From Octopus sinensis (lineage: Eukaryota), in the NCBI RefSeq assembly GCF_006345805.1, contig NC_043002.1:109244001-109308000 (forward strand): 64,000 nt of DNA, read 5' to 3'. Positions within the stretch are counted from its first letter, which is position 1. Each line of letters starts with the position of its first letter. Shown in pieces: positions 9,928 to 21,900 of the stretch. The notes beneath the pieces were generated by a model that saw only the letters and a program-made list of their open reading frames with translations, was not told the origin of the DNA and did not search any database. Made by a program: the position numbers and the translations under genes.

Positions 9928-11920
9928 GGTCTGATATAGTGTGTGTTTGTTGAATTCGCACAAGATGACCATTGTCGAGTATAACAGTATTATGTCATTT
10001 TGATGTAAAGCCCCATGGTTGTCATGAGGATATGGTGAGTATTCAGAAATGTCACTATTGATTATATTATCATAGTTGTGATGTATCTGGTGGCATAGTA
10101 CTTCGACTTTCTAGTAAATCTAGGTAAATAATCACTATTGAATGAAGATAAAGACACAGGAACTGAACTTTCCAGTAATTCCATACAGCCACTGTTTCTG
10201 GAAAGCATCTTTTGACACTACCTAAATTCACAGTTATAAGGATGTGCATGATTTCGCCATATCATGACACCGACAACTGTTTGGATGTGACAGATGAAGA
10301 ACTATCCCTCTCCCCACCTACACTAGGTTCATCTCGAATCTTTCTCAGCCCTCACTTCTCTACACCAACTCGTCTCCTTTCATCTCACAAGCTGACTGAT
10401 TCACAGTCATTCCAAATAGTCTTTATATCTTTCTTATCCCAAACACCCAACCCATAATCATCTTTGCACTTGTTAAGTGAACTGATCCCTTCCCTATGAC
10501 AATGAGTAAGGCGAATAGGCAGAGCTGCACCAGTTGTATTAATTATCTTAGTATCATGTTGATCCATCAGAAAGATCAAGGCTGGTGACTCCACTGATTC
10601 TTTGCCTATGTCCATCCATATCTCACATGGCCCTGAATGCTTTACTTCCAGCCGTCCAGACACAACTAGACTGCTCGAACCAAACCACCCATCCTTGCAA
10701 ATTAGATAACCTTTACCCAGTTCCTAAACTCCAACTGATCTTTGTATACCAAAAGATCACTTATGACTAAGAAGAATCCTTGTTCCCTTCATCTCTCAAA
10801 CAATGTTGTTCTCAGAGTAGTTCTGTGGATAAATCTCTGCAACCAATTCCATCGTACAAACCGTTTCTTCCCATTCCGCCATCTATACACACAAAGTCCT
10901 AAAGTACCTCACTTTGCTGCAAACTTACCAAGGGCAATAACTCTAACAAAGTCCCTTTCAGTTACTTCCAGTCACCTCACAGAAACATTCCTTTTCTTTT
11001 CCCCTGTCTTTCTGAATGTATCTTAAATTAATGTTTACATTTCCAATGACAAGCAACTCCGAACTATTTCCAGTTCTCAAATGCTCAGCACATGTGCTGA
11101 GAGCTACCAAACTTTGGTTACAATCGAAAGGATGCTTCTCTATTTCGTACAAATAAGCCTCCTCTTGATTTAATTTTACCTTCTAAACATTTTGTTAACC
11201 CTACATCAATTTGTACTCAATCTAACTACGCTTTTGTTTCCAAAAGGCTTCCGACAGTCTTAACTAGTCATGAAAATATCTTCAGCAATCACGTGCACAA
11301 GTCTCTGCCAACTCTAGAGGTGTTTAAGGTTTAAAAGCAGCCAGAAATCTTTAACTAATTTTAAAGTTCACGTCCATTTCCCTTGTACATTTTTCGTATT
11401 TACCAAAGATTTCAATTTGATCTTAATTGAAAGAAATTGTCTGTTCTTTTCATTGATATTCAATATTTTGATAAAAGAACTTCGCGTGACGAGGAATCTC
11501 TCCAAATTTAATTTTAGCACTGAAAAAATGGGATGCAATACAAGTATACAATGCATATCTTGTGTGAAAACTGAAGCTTTTCACCCCAAAGATTTCGTTT
11601 AGCACCAAATATGATCGCATGGACCCACACCACGCATTTTTCTCAGAATTATGATAATTTGGTTAAAACGTCCATATGCTCTAGTAGGCTAAATCTCAGA
11701 ATTCACTTTAATGGTATGCCCATCTGTCCAAGCTACGATTAGAATTTTGCTTGCAAATTCGCGCGGAAGTTCGACCGAGGCTATTTCAGGAAGCTACGAC
11801 ATAAATTGCAGGATATGCCCTATGAATATATTGTACTACTATATCCAAAATCCCAAACACTCCGGCTGCTAAGAAACTCTTCTGACAAATAAAGAACGAA
11901 AGAAATTTCAATTTGTAGGC

Positions 11921-12094
11921 CACGTGACATGAAATGACCAATAGAATTCATATAACACCACCACTGAGTCTCCAAGATAACCGTTACCGAAGCTGTGTCT
12001 TCACGTCGGGAATTATAGTTATTTAGCGGCTGTTGTTTATGATTGATGCTAACAAAGGGTCGTTATTCAGGTAAAGCAGTATATTAAGGTAAGA
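11921..12094 (+). promoter_or_regulatory. Putative promoter and non-coding exon 1 of C
   Basis: CACGTG 11921-11926, CCAAT 11938-11942, donor AAG|GTAAGA at 12089; homologous to 44868-44987, 52173-52347 and 35899-36066 (minus). Confidence 0.6.
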
Positions 12095-12441
12095 TAACGT
12101 TTATTTATCTATTAATTTTATGTGTTTAAAATAGATATTTGCTTCCCATTCTGGGTCGATATAAAAGACTTTCTGTTAATTAAGGGTCAGCCTAATTAAG
12201 TAAATTACTGTTATTTGTGTTTTTGTGTTGTCCGCTGGTCTTTTAAACACTCGGCTGTCGTGGATAGGTGCGATGGTTCTGTGTCCAGGTTCACATTTGC
12301 TGGTAAATATTAGAAAGTTTCCTGTGTCCGGAGAGTGTTTTAAAAAATGTACTTGTCCGTGAACGGTCGTTTCCCCTTTCGTTTATCTGATTGCGGGAAA
12401 ATAGAAATTGATTCCAGTTCTTGATTGGTACTTAGTATATC

Positions 12442-12641
12442 TGATTTTTTATTACCCACAAGGGGCTAAACATAGAGGGAACAAACAAAGACAGACAAAC
12501 GGATTAAGTCGATTACATCGACCCCAGTGCGTAACTGGTACTTAATTTATCGACCCCGAAAGGATGAAAGGCAAAGTCGACCTCGGCGGAATTTGAACTC
12601 AGAATTCCGCCGAGGTCGACTTTGCCTTTCATCCTTTCGGG
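12442..12641. mobile_element. SINE-like insertion ending in a perfect 39-bp fold-back, flanked by a 15-bp direct repeat
   Basis: Arms 12555-12593 and 12603-12641; ggtacttagtatatc at 12427-12441 and 12640-12654. Confidence 0.65.
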
Positions 12642-13407
12642 TACTTAGTATATCATCCCAGGAGACATGACACGCAAAATAACCTGGTTAGATTTTAAAG
12701 TCGGTGCCCTTACACCGCTTACGACTTTTCCAGTTCACTGCCGTGTATACAGATTATTTGAAAAATATATGTATTTGGCACAGTATGAAATTTCACAAAT
12801 AAAACTTAATCTAAGAATTCATTATTTTGTTGTTTTTACATGAATCACTACTCCATTATCACCCGATGTTTTTACATGAATCGCCCCGCAGTGGGTTAAT
12901 ACCACCCACTTTGGGAACCACTGATCTAGAGACTTCGGAAGGAAACGGATTTCATGCTAAAGAAGATTTCTGATTTTTTTTTTTTTTTCCTTTTCTCAAA
13001 ATAACAAAAAGTATTAAGATTTTGGTACAATTTGAGGAGAGTTGGGCAGTGAATTTTTTTCTATCAATGCATGTATTGAACTCTTCCTTATTTCATTGAC
13101 TGAAAAGAATGAACGACATGGTCAGAATGTGAAGTTGGATGAAATGGCACTAAGCGTTTTCCCAGGTATGCTCAGGTATCAGCTAGCTCGGTGCCTGAAA
13201 TAGCCAAAAACACTGAATGGTGATAATGGAGAGAATTCTACATATTTCTTATGAAGCTTCTTCTGAACACGTTAAATGAAAACATCTACTTATCTAAATC
13301 TGCCTAGTTTCAATCTATGAACGATTGGTTAGTTTGTTTTATCACAGATGTATTCAAACAGGTGATAGAAGCATACTCTGCAATATATAGGAAAGCATTA
13401 TTAATTA

Positions 13408-13778
13408 CTAGCAGTATCGCCCGGCGTTGCTCGGGTTTGTAAGGGAAATAACTATAAAGCATTTTTAGAGAGTTATAGCAAAAAAATGGATTAAAAATGG
13501 AAAAAAATTATGGTAAATTTTTTTTTAAATCGTTGACTCATCATAGACATTTTTAGAGAGTTACTTCCCTTATATAATAGCGAAAAAATGCATTAAAATG
13601 GAAAAAATGATGGTAAATTATTTTAAAAATCGTAGACTCATGCTAATACCCAAAAGGGCTCGATATGAATCACGACTATAAGATACCTGGTTTTGGTTAA
13701 ACCACCGCAAAATGTGGGAGTAGTTAGGAATCTAAATCGTAGGAGACAGACACACAACCCTACTTTCATATATAAAGA
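13408..13778 (-). mobile_element. Non-autonomous Helitron-type element
   Basis: On the minus strand: 5'-TC, 3'-CTAG, subterminal hairpin cccgagcaacgccggg. Inserted between A and T; the empty site (aatta|ttgttgcc) is present in unit A at about 413-425. Confidence 0.8.
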
Positions 13779-14308
13779 TTGCTGCCAAATAAGACAATAA
13801 CACTCTCACCCACCACAAACGAGGGAAAGCATTTCTTTTAGAAATGTTTACTTAGGGGAGAATGCATTATACACTCTATAAGGTGGTTGGCATTAGGAAG
13901 GGCATCTTGCTGTAGAAACCATGCCAAAACAGACAATGGAGCCTGGTGGGGCCTTGCTGGTTCCTATCAGCATCGAAAATGGACATTAAATAATAATGAT
14001 TAGGACTTAGGGAATATTCTATTACACCTGAACAGAGACAACATAAATAAAAGTGGAGAGTTGCTAATTTGTGATTTTGAGATATTATTGAGAAGAGTCA
14101 ATCACATACACAAATAGCTACTCATTTCACAACTTTTTGGTCATTAGTATCTAATATTTATTTTCTTTTTCTTTCAGGACATATTTCCAATGGAAAGAAG
14201 ATTTTCTGCAGAGGATACTGAGAGTCTGCTGTGTTAGGGTAGAAAGATTTATCAACCAATTTATGTCTTCAGAATGAAAGGATAAGACTGTAAAAATTAA
14301 CTGAGAGA

Positions 14309-15340
14309 ATGTTTCAGAAAGTGAGCAAATGTTACAAATGTGATATTTGTGGCAAAGATCTGACTACAAAATCTAATTTAGCTATTCATAGGCGCACTCA
14401 TACTGGGGGGAAGTCATACAACTGTGACGTATGTGAGAAAACATTCTCTCAAAAAGGAAATTTAAGAGAACACAAACGTACACATACAGGAGAGAAGCCA
14501 TTTCACTGTGAAATATGTGGAAAATCATTTTCTTATAAAGATAATATAAAGATTCACAAACGTACACACACTGGAGAGAAGCCATTTCACTGTGAAATCT
14601 GTGGAAAATCATTTTCCACTAAAGGTTATATAAAAACACATAAACGTACACACACAGGAGAGAAACCATACAACTGTGAAATCTGTGGCAAAGCATTTTC
14701 AGACTGTAGTAGTGCAAGACTTCATCAGCTTATTCACACTGGAGAAAAACGATACCATTGTGAAATTTGTGGCAAAACATTTTCTCAAGTTGGTAATTTA
14801 ACAAGACATGAACGTACTCATACTGGGGAGAAGCCATACAAGTGTGATGATTGTGGGAAAGCTTTTTCTAATGCAGGTGCCTGTGAAATACACAGAGGTG
14901 TTCATTCGAAGCCTTTCCACTGTGAAATCTGTGATAAAGCATTTTCTGTTAAAAAGTCTTTAACAGTTCACAAACGTATTCACACTGGAGAGAAGCCATA
15001 TCATTGTGAAGTATGTGGGAAAGGATTTACAAACAGAGAAACCTTAATGAGGCATAAACGTGGTCACACAGGAGAGAAACCATATCACTGTGAAGATTGT
15101 GGAAAAGATTTTCCTGATATCAGCAGCTTAGGAAATCACAAACGTGTACATACTGGAGAAAAACCATACTCCTGTGAAATCTGTGGCAAAGCATTTTCTC
15201 AAAATGGTAGTTTAAAAACCCACAGACGTATTCACACAGGAGAGACACCATATCACTGTTTAATATGTGGAAAAAAATTTTCATTTCAGACCAGCTTAAT
15301 GATACATAACCGTATTCATACTGGAGAAAAGCCACACTAA
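14309..15340 (+). CDS. Poly-C2H2 zinc-finger protein, paralog C (12 fingers)
   Basis: 12 canonical fingers; acceptor AG at 14176-14177; in-frame TAA upstream of the ATG. Confidence 0.9.
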   Translation: MFQKVSKCYKCDICGKDLTTKSNLAIHRRTHTGGKSYNCDVCEKTFSQKGNLREHKRTHTGEKPFHCEICGKSFSYKDNIKIHKRTHTGEKPFHCEICGKSFSTKGYIKTHKRTHTGEKPYNCEICGKAFSDCSSARLHQLIHTGEKRYHCEICGKTFSQVGNLTRHERTHTGEKPYKCDDCGKAFSNAGACEIHRGVHSKPFHCEICDKAFSVKKSLTVHKRIHTGEKPYHCEVCGKGFTNRETLMRHKRGHTGEKPYHCEDCGKDFPDISSLGNHKRVHTGEKPYSCEICGKAFSQNGSLKTHRRIHTGETPYHCLICGKKFSFQTSLMIHNRIHTGEKPH

Positions 15341-15657
15341 TGAGAAATAAATGGGAAAATATTTTCTGAAATATCTGTCCTATTAGTTTATAAACGCACT
15401 CATACTGGGTAAAAACCATATCAGTGTGAAGTTTGTGGGAAGAAATTTTCCAATAGTGGCAGCTTAAAAAAGCATACATACACACACTAGAAATCTGTGG
15501 CAAAGCATTTTCTAACTTGAGTTGTTTAATAAGGCATAATCGTACCCATACTGGGAAAAAACCATACAGCTGTGTTATTTGTGGGAAATCATTTAATCGC
15601 AGTGATTATATATCTACACATAAATGTACTTTTAATGATGATAAATCTTACCACTGA
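15341..15657 (+). pseudogene. Fossil C-terminal fingers after C
   Basis: cac TAA TGA gaa..., followed by a degraded homolog of the D C-terminus. Confidence 0.8.
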
Positions 15658-15661
15658 CTTT

Positions 15662-16157
15662 TATAATAATAATAATAATAATTGTGTACAGTGCTCAGGT
15701 GCACTGCAACTCATCTAAAGTGTATATATAATCAGGTGTAGTTTCAGCGGATTTCGGAAAGCATGAGGGCCTTAAAGAATGCAGTGTCATGGCAGTCAAC
15801 AACTGACGCAGGCAGTTTATTCCATGCTTCAGCAACTCTGAGCGTGAAAAAATGTTTCCGAAAGTCATGGGAGCTGTGTTGTTTTCTGACTTTGTAGGCA
15901 TGTCCATGTGTGTTAGACACATAGAGATCAAAAAGGTGTTCAGTGTTGTTGTTGGTGAGGTGGTTGATAACTTTGCGGGTGTTTACCAAGTCCGTCGCCA
16001 GACGCCGGAGCTTCAGTGAATCCATGCCCAGGGAAACAAGGTGCTCAGAATATGGTAGGTGTCTGATGGAGGGTATGCGTTTGGTTGCACGTCTCTGGAC
16101 AGATTCCAGGAGGTCAATGTTCTGAGCAAGATAGGGATTCCAAACTGATGATGCGAA
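15662..16157 (-). mobile_element. 5'-truncated CR1-type LINE
   Basis: ORF 15744-16181: ASSVWNPYLAQNIDLLESVQRRATK...FFTLRVAEAWNKLPASVV (CR1 RT C-terminus); (ATA)n tail at 15662-15682. Confidence 0.85.
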
Positions 16158-17216
16158 TAAGATAGTATAGTATAAAACCATATTGTTGTGATATTTGTAT
16201 TAAAGAATTTATGTATATGAATGTTATTAAATTACTATAATTGTTTATAACATGTTTAGTGTATTCTTTGGATGTTGTAAATTTTTCATTTTTAATGTTA
16301 CTTGTTAGGTCACATGTATCATATGATATGGTTAGAGTGAGAAAACATGTTACTACTAATATTACCACTAGCAATCCGGCAAAATTAGTGAGACGTACAA
16401 CACTTCATCCACTACATGTAGGTCTCTGGATACTGTCAAAGGATAGGATCAAAGTGTACAAAGGAGCCAGGATTAAATACAAAGCCATCAGGGAGAATGA
16501 TGCAAATTGGAATGTGCCCTCCATACACAAGTAAATCCTGGAATAGCATGGAAAGGACAAAGATAGGTAGGTAAGGCCAACTAACTCATGGTATGGTAAC
16601 TAAAACTACCAGAGTATTATGTTTGTTGATGCTACCCCTGTACGTGAACTAGCATATGTTTTTGGGAAAACCTTAGATAAGATGAATCTATGGATTAAAG
16701 TAGTAGAAATGCCAGAGACCTCCACAAAATACCAGATCTGTAAAACATCCATTTGAATGAACCACCTGTAAGGAGAGCAACTGTATAGTGTGTAGGATGA
16801 ACCCACAAATAAACTGGAAAGTGAGGAATGTAGCTTATAGTATAAGGTCTTGTGAGATATGCAAGAGAAACAGAATGACTACACATATTGGTGGAAGGTG
16901 AAGGAGGAGAGAAGCTCATCAGTGCTCTACCAACATGCTCAATTAGGACATGAAGGCTTGGTTAATAACATTGATGTTAACATATCAACTCAGACCAGAC
17001 ATGACACTCAGAGAGATTATAGAAGCCAGGCATACAGTAATAGGTTGATTGATCGTCAGCTGAAAACATGAATGGAATAACATCACACCTACTGATGATG
17101 GAAGGCAGATACAGTTTAATATATGAATCCATACACACACACAAGATGTACAAAAGACAATGAGAAAGAGGACAAGAAATAAAAGACCCAGGTATAAACA
17201 ACATAGTAAGCAAACT

Positions 17217-17540
17217 CATCATCATCGTTTAACATCTGCTTTCTATGCTAGCATGGGTTGGACGATTTGACTGCGGATTGGCGAACCAGTAGGCTGTGCT
17301 GGGCTCCAATCTGATCTGGCAGAGTTTCTACAGCTGGATGCCCTTCCTAACGCCAACCACTCCGAGAATGTAGTGGGTGCTTTTAAAGTGCCTCTGGCAT
17401 GAGAGCCAGTCTGGTGGTACTGGCAACGGCCATGCTCGAAAATGGTGTTTTTTACGAGCCACCTGCACAGGAGCCAGTCCAGTAGCACTGGCAACGATCT
17501 CACTTGAATGTTTTGTTTAAGTGCCAGTGAGGCGACGATG
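17217..17540 (-). mobile_element. SINE with (GAT)n tail
   Basis: catcatcatcgtttaac...ctacagctggatgcccttcctaacgccaacc; same family at about 31000-31483, 43402-43575 and as fragments upstream of each ZNF exon. Confidence 0.6.
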
Positions 17541-18091
17541 ACGCACACAAAATACACACCCAGATACAAATTCTTGCACAGATAAGGATACATGTGAGAG
17601 AAAGACAAAATGCAATAAGCAGAAGAAGAAGAAACATGTAGGATAGGGAGTTACTGAAGAGGTCACTGTGTGCATGATGAAAGAGCTTTAAGAAAGAAAC
17701 TAGAATGATGATAAAGCTGATGACCAAATATATAGTGTGTGTTTAATTGGCAAAATATGAACATCCTTGAGTATAACACTATTGTAACACTTCGATGTAA
17801 AGCCCCATGGTTGTCATGTATCTGGTGGCATAGTTTTTATTTTCTAGTAAATCTCGGTAAAGCATCACAACTGTCTGAAGATAGAGATACAGGAATAGAA
17901 GTTTCCAGTAATTCTATACTGCTATCGTTCCTGCAAACCATCTTTAGACACTACATAAATTTAGAATTATAAGGGTCTGCGAGAAGTAACCTTATCATGA
18001 CATCAGACAACTATTCAGATGCGTCAGATGAAGAACATAACTATCCTTCTCCCCACCCTCACTAGGTTCATCTCGAATCTTTCTCAGCCCT

Positions 18092-18191
18092 NNNNNNNNN
18101 NNNNNNNNNNNNNNNNNNNNNNNNNNNNNNNNNNNNNNNNNNNNNNNNNNNNNNNNNNNNNNNNNNNNNNNNNNNNNNNNNNNNNNNNNNN
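18092..18191. other. Assembly gap (100 N)
   Basis: Run of exactly 100 N; the orientation of unit homology flips across it. Confidence 0.99.
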
Positions 18192-20061
18192 CTTTTCCTT
18201 ACCACACAAGGATACAATTAACTTGCAAATGGCTGAGTACTTTACAGACATGCATACCATTAATGTAGTTCTCAAGGAGATTCAGCCTAACACAGAATAT
18301 AACATGATTTGCGCCTTTGAATTACAACTACAACTCATTTTGGCCAGCTGAGTGGACTGGCGCAAGATAAACCTTCAAGTAGTGTTATCCGGTCCTAACA
18401 GAAGCATTTGTGTCTCACAGATCTGGAGGCCAAGCCCCCAGAGAAACAGCCATGCTCAGGCTGTTGTTATGAGCCAAGTGCAAAGTCACTGGACGACAGC
18501 AATTATTTCACCAAAAGTTACAATCAACAAGATCCCAAAACTATCAGTTACCAGGCTCACCTTAAATAACCTAATTTTGCAATATTAGGAGGTCACAGGA
18601 ATTAATTCAACAAAAAAAAATTCCAATGATTCCGAGAAGCCCCCCCCCCCCCCAAATTTTTTCCAAACCAAAATAAGGTATTTGCAGCATATTAGGAGGT
18701 CAGGGTACTTGATTCCACACAAAATTCAAATTCTTTCTTTTTTCATAGTGAAAATTGTGCAGGTGCTGATATTGAAACGACGGTACATCAGCATGGCCGC
18801 AGCTCTGAGCTGAAACTTAAAAAAAAAAAAAAAAAAAAGACTATAATATTGTTATTTAACATCAAATCAACCCTGAATATGCAAACATATCATCAAAGAC
18901 ATTCCAGCCTTCAGCAAACCGTCTTTTTAGGGATAATCTAGGACATTACATACAATGGACGTGTGATTTAGGTAGGGGGATACTGTGGATGCTATTTTTA
19001 GCGTGTCGAGCAACCAGGTAGAGGCTCTTTCATTGGTTGGATTACGTGATGAGATTTTTTTTTCCACATATGTAATATGTATATATATCATCAGTAGCAG
19101 TTAGAGAGTAAGTCAAAAGCTGAGAGTTTCGTGTATTGGCACTCATCAAACATGAATTTGTCCATTGTCACTTTGTAACTTCTGATGAAATAACTTCTAA
19201 AATACAAAATTTTGTCCAAAACATGAAGTGTAAACCCTGTTCTATGTGACGTTCTACCAGTATCAGAAGTTTGAAAGTGTCTAGTTAAAAAGTTTGATTA
19301 AAAAATCTGTACGTCTAATTGAATAGATCCGAAATGGATGAAAAGCAAAGTCAACCTTGACAGAATTTGAACTCAGAATGTAAAGACAGACAAAATACCG
19401 CTTCTAAAATACAAAATTTTTTCAAAATTCTACAAGTATCAGAAGTTTTAAAGTGTTTACTTAAAAAAAAAATTAATGAAATAATCTGTACATCAAAGTT
19501 GACCTCAGCGAAATTTGAACTCAAAAACATAATGACAGACAAAATACAGATAAGCATTTCACCCAGCATGCTAACATTTCTGCCAGCTCACCGCCTTAGA
19601 AATTAAACATTGATTTTAGAAATATATTCTTTATTTTTTTAGCTGAAGCGTTATTCCCTTACTTACTGATAGCAAATTTCAAAACATTTTACCTCATAAC
19701 TATTTATCTACTAAATTTTGTTCAATGCGATTAATGATTCAGAATTCCTCATGAAATTTTCTATCATTTAAGCTTAAGAAAGGTATACTTTTAATTTAAA
19801 ATTAAAAAGTTTATGTTAATTGAAGGTGAATAGGAGCCTTACTGTCCCTTTTGAGGTCACAGATATTTTGATGTAACTTTTTTTCCATTGAACCAAATCT
19901 CAAACTATTTATGCCAAAGTGTAGCTGAGGAGATGTCCTCTTTAAAACTGAATTAGAGGTGAAGCTTGGACAAAATGGTGAACTTAAGAATATATTCAAC
20001 CACTACCATGGTTGAATAATACACACAGATATATGTATACACATACAGTTACATACATATA

Positions 20062-20776
20062 CAGGGTGATTGGAAAGTAACTCCCTATTTTAAAATGCTT
20101 ATAATTTATTTATTAACTGTAATTTTTTTCTCAAATTTGTTGTGTATGTTCTTTAATGTATGGAAATTGATTCCATGTTGTTTTTTCTCAGATTGATTAT
20201 TTTGTTTGAAATTTAGAAGCCCTACAAACATGGCTGGATGTTTTACTGTGCAGGAGCGTGCTCAGCTAGCTGCACGTTACGAAGTTTGGAGATCAGTTGT
20301 TCAAGTGCAAAGATGGTGGAGGACCATTAGAGAAAGACATGCTCAAGTTGATGCAAAGATAATCAAGAATTGCCATGCAAAATTCATGACTACAGGATTT
20401 GTAGCTGATACTTGAAGTGGTCATCCTTCCAATTCATCAAGGTTCGCATGACTGGCTGGCCAGAAGCCCTGATTTAACACCCTGCGACTGTTTTGGGGGT
20501 TGGTTAAAGGAGGAAGTCTTCTCTACCAAACCAATGACTTTGGAAGAACTTGAAGGGTGAATACAAGAAGTTATGTCTTGCATTCCACAAGACTTCCTGA
20601 TGAAATCAGTTGATGTGGTTCCAAGGCCGCTTCAGAAGCTGGTGGTGAATGCTGATGTCTATATCAAATTTTAAATAAAATTCATTCCAGGCTATACACT
20701 TTCTTTACATAAAAATTATAGTTAATAAATAAATTATAAATATTTTAAAATAGAGAGTTACTTTTCAATCACCTTG
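20062..20776 (+). mobile_element. Tc1/mariner internal-deletion derivative
   Basis: TA|cagggtgattggaaagtaactccctattttaaaat ... attttaaaatagagagttacttttcaatcaccttg|TA. Encodes an N-terminal HTH (ERAQLAARYEVWRSVVQVQRWWR, DUF4817-like) and a C-terminal SPDLTPCD motif. Confidence 0.85.
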
Positions 20777-21025
20777 TATATGTATACACATAAAGATATA
20801 TATATGTATATATATATATATATCAAAATAAGCAACAAGTATATCCAAGGTAGAGTAGCACAATTGTTTCATGCTAGTACAATTGTACTACTCTACCTTG
20901 TATATACTTGTTGCTTATTTTGATTATAATCACCCCATTTGATTTATATGGATAATACCAAACAAAATTTTGGTGCCTTTAACTTATTCATCTGAATCTA
21001 AATTTTGCTGAACTTAATATCTATA

Positions 21026-21071
<46 letters not shown>

Positions 21072-21900
21072 TATGAGAAAAAATGAGTTCAAAAAGAACA
21101 ATTCAAACTTTTTGGGTGATACAAAAAGAGAGAAAAAATGATTTCTAATAAAGATTCATCATATTCATAAAAATCAGAGAGAGCAAGTAATAAGAATATG
21201 AAAATAATATTTGAGGAGTTTCATGCACCTTGACTCTCTTAAATGTAGAGAAAAGCAGTGAAGCCATAGAGACAGGGAATGGAAAGCCTCAAACATTTAC
21301 AATGACAATTAGACTGAAATACAATCCATCTTTTCTAGATTCTTTACTTTTAACAATGAAGATGAGGGAAAGACATTTAGTAATGAATAGAGGGAAAGTC
21401 TTTCAAGTGTTAATGTTTTCAGTCTGGGAGTTCTAGAAGCATCGACCGTTAGTTCTCTCTTCTCTCCTCCACACCTTCTTTGATAGTTCTTTAGGTCTTT
21501 TAGTTGGGCAGAAAGACCATCTTTTTTTCATTTTCAGCTACGTTTAACATTTTCTCTAGAAACTACAAACTAGCCCTTTCAATGTGGTATAGCTGTGAAG
21601 CATGTCTGTCATGCAAAGCGTGAAATTAATACTGAACTGCTGTTGCTAGTGTTTTGTATCGTATTGTTCTTTTTCAACGGACTGAGCTCTTCTAATATGC
21701 TAAAATTAACCATTCTGGATGTTTCAAATTTCCACTGCTTAAGTACCTAAGTGAAAACTGACTTTCTCTTACGCATCATCCCTTCTCTCCCTTGATGCAA
21801 ACTTTTCTTATTAATCTCACCTTTATCGATATTTTTCTATTTCTTTTGGTCATTTGACTGCGGCCATGCTGGATCACGGTCTTTAGCCAAACAAATCGAC

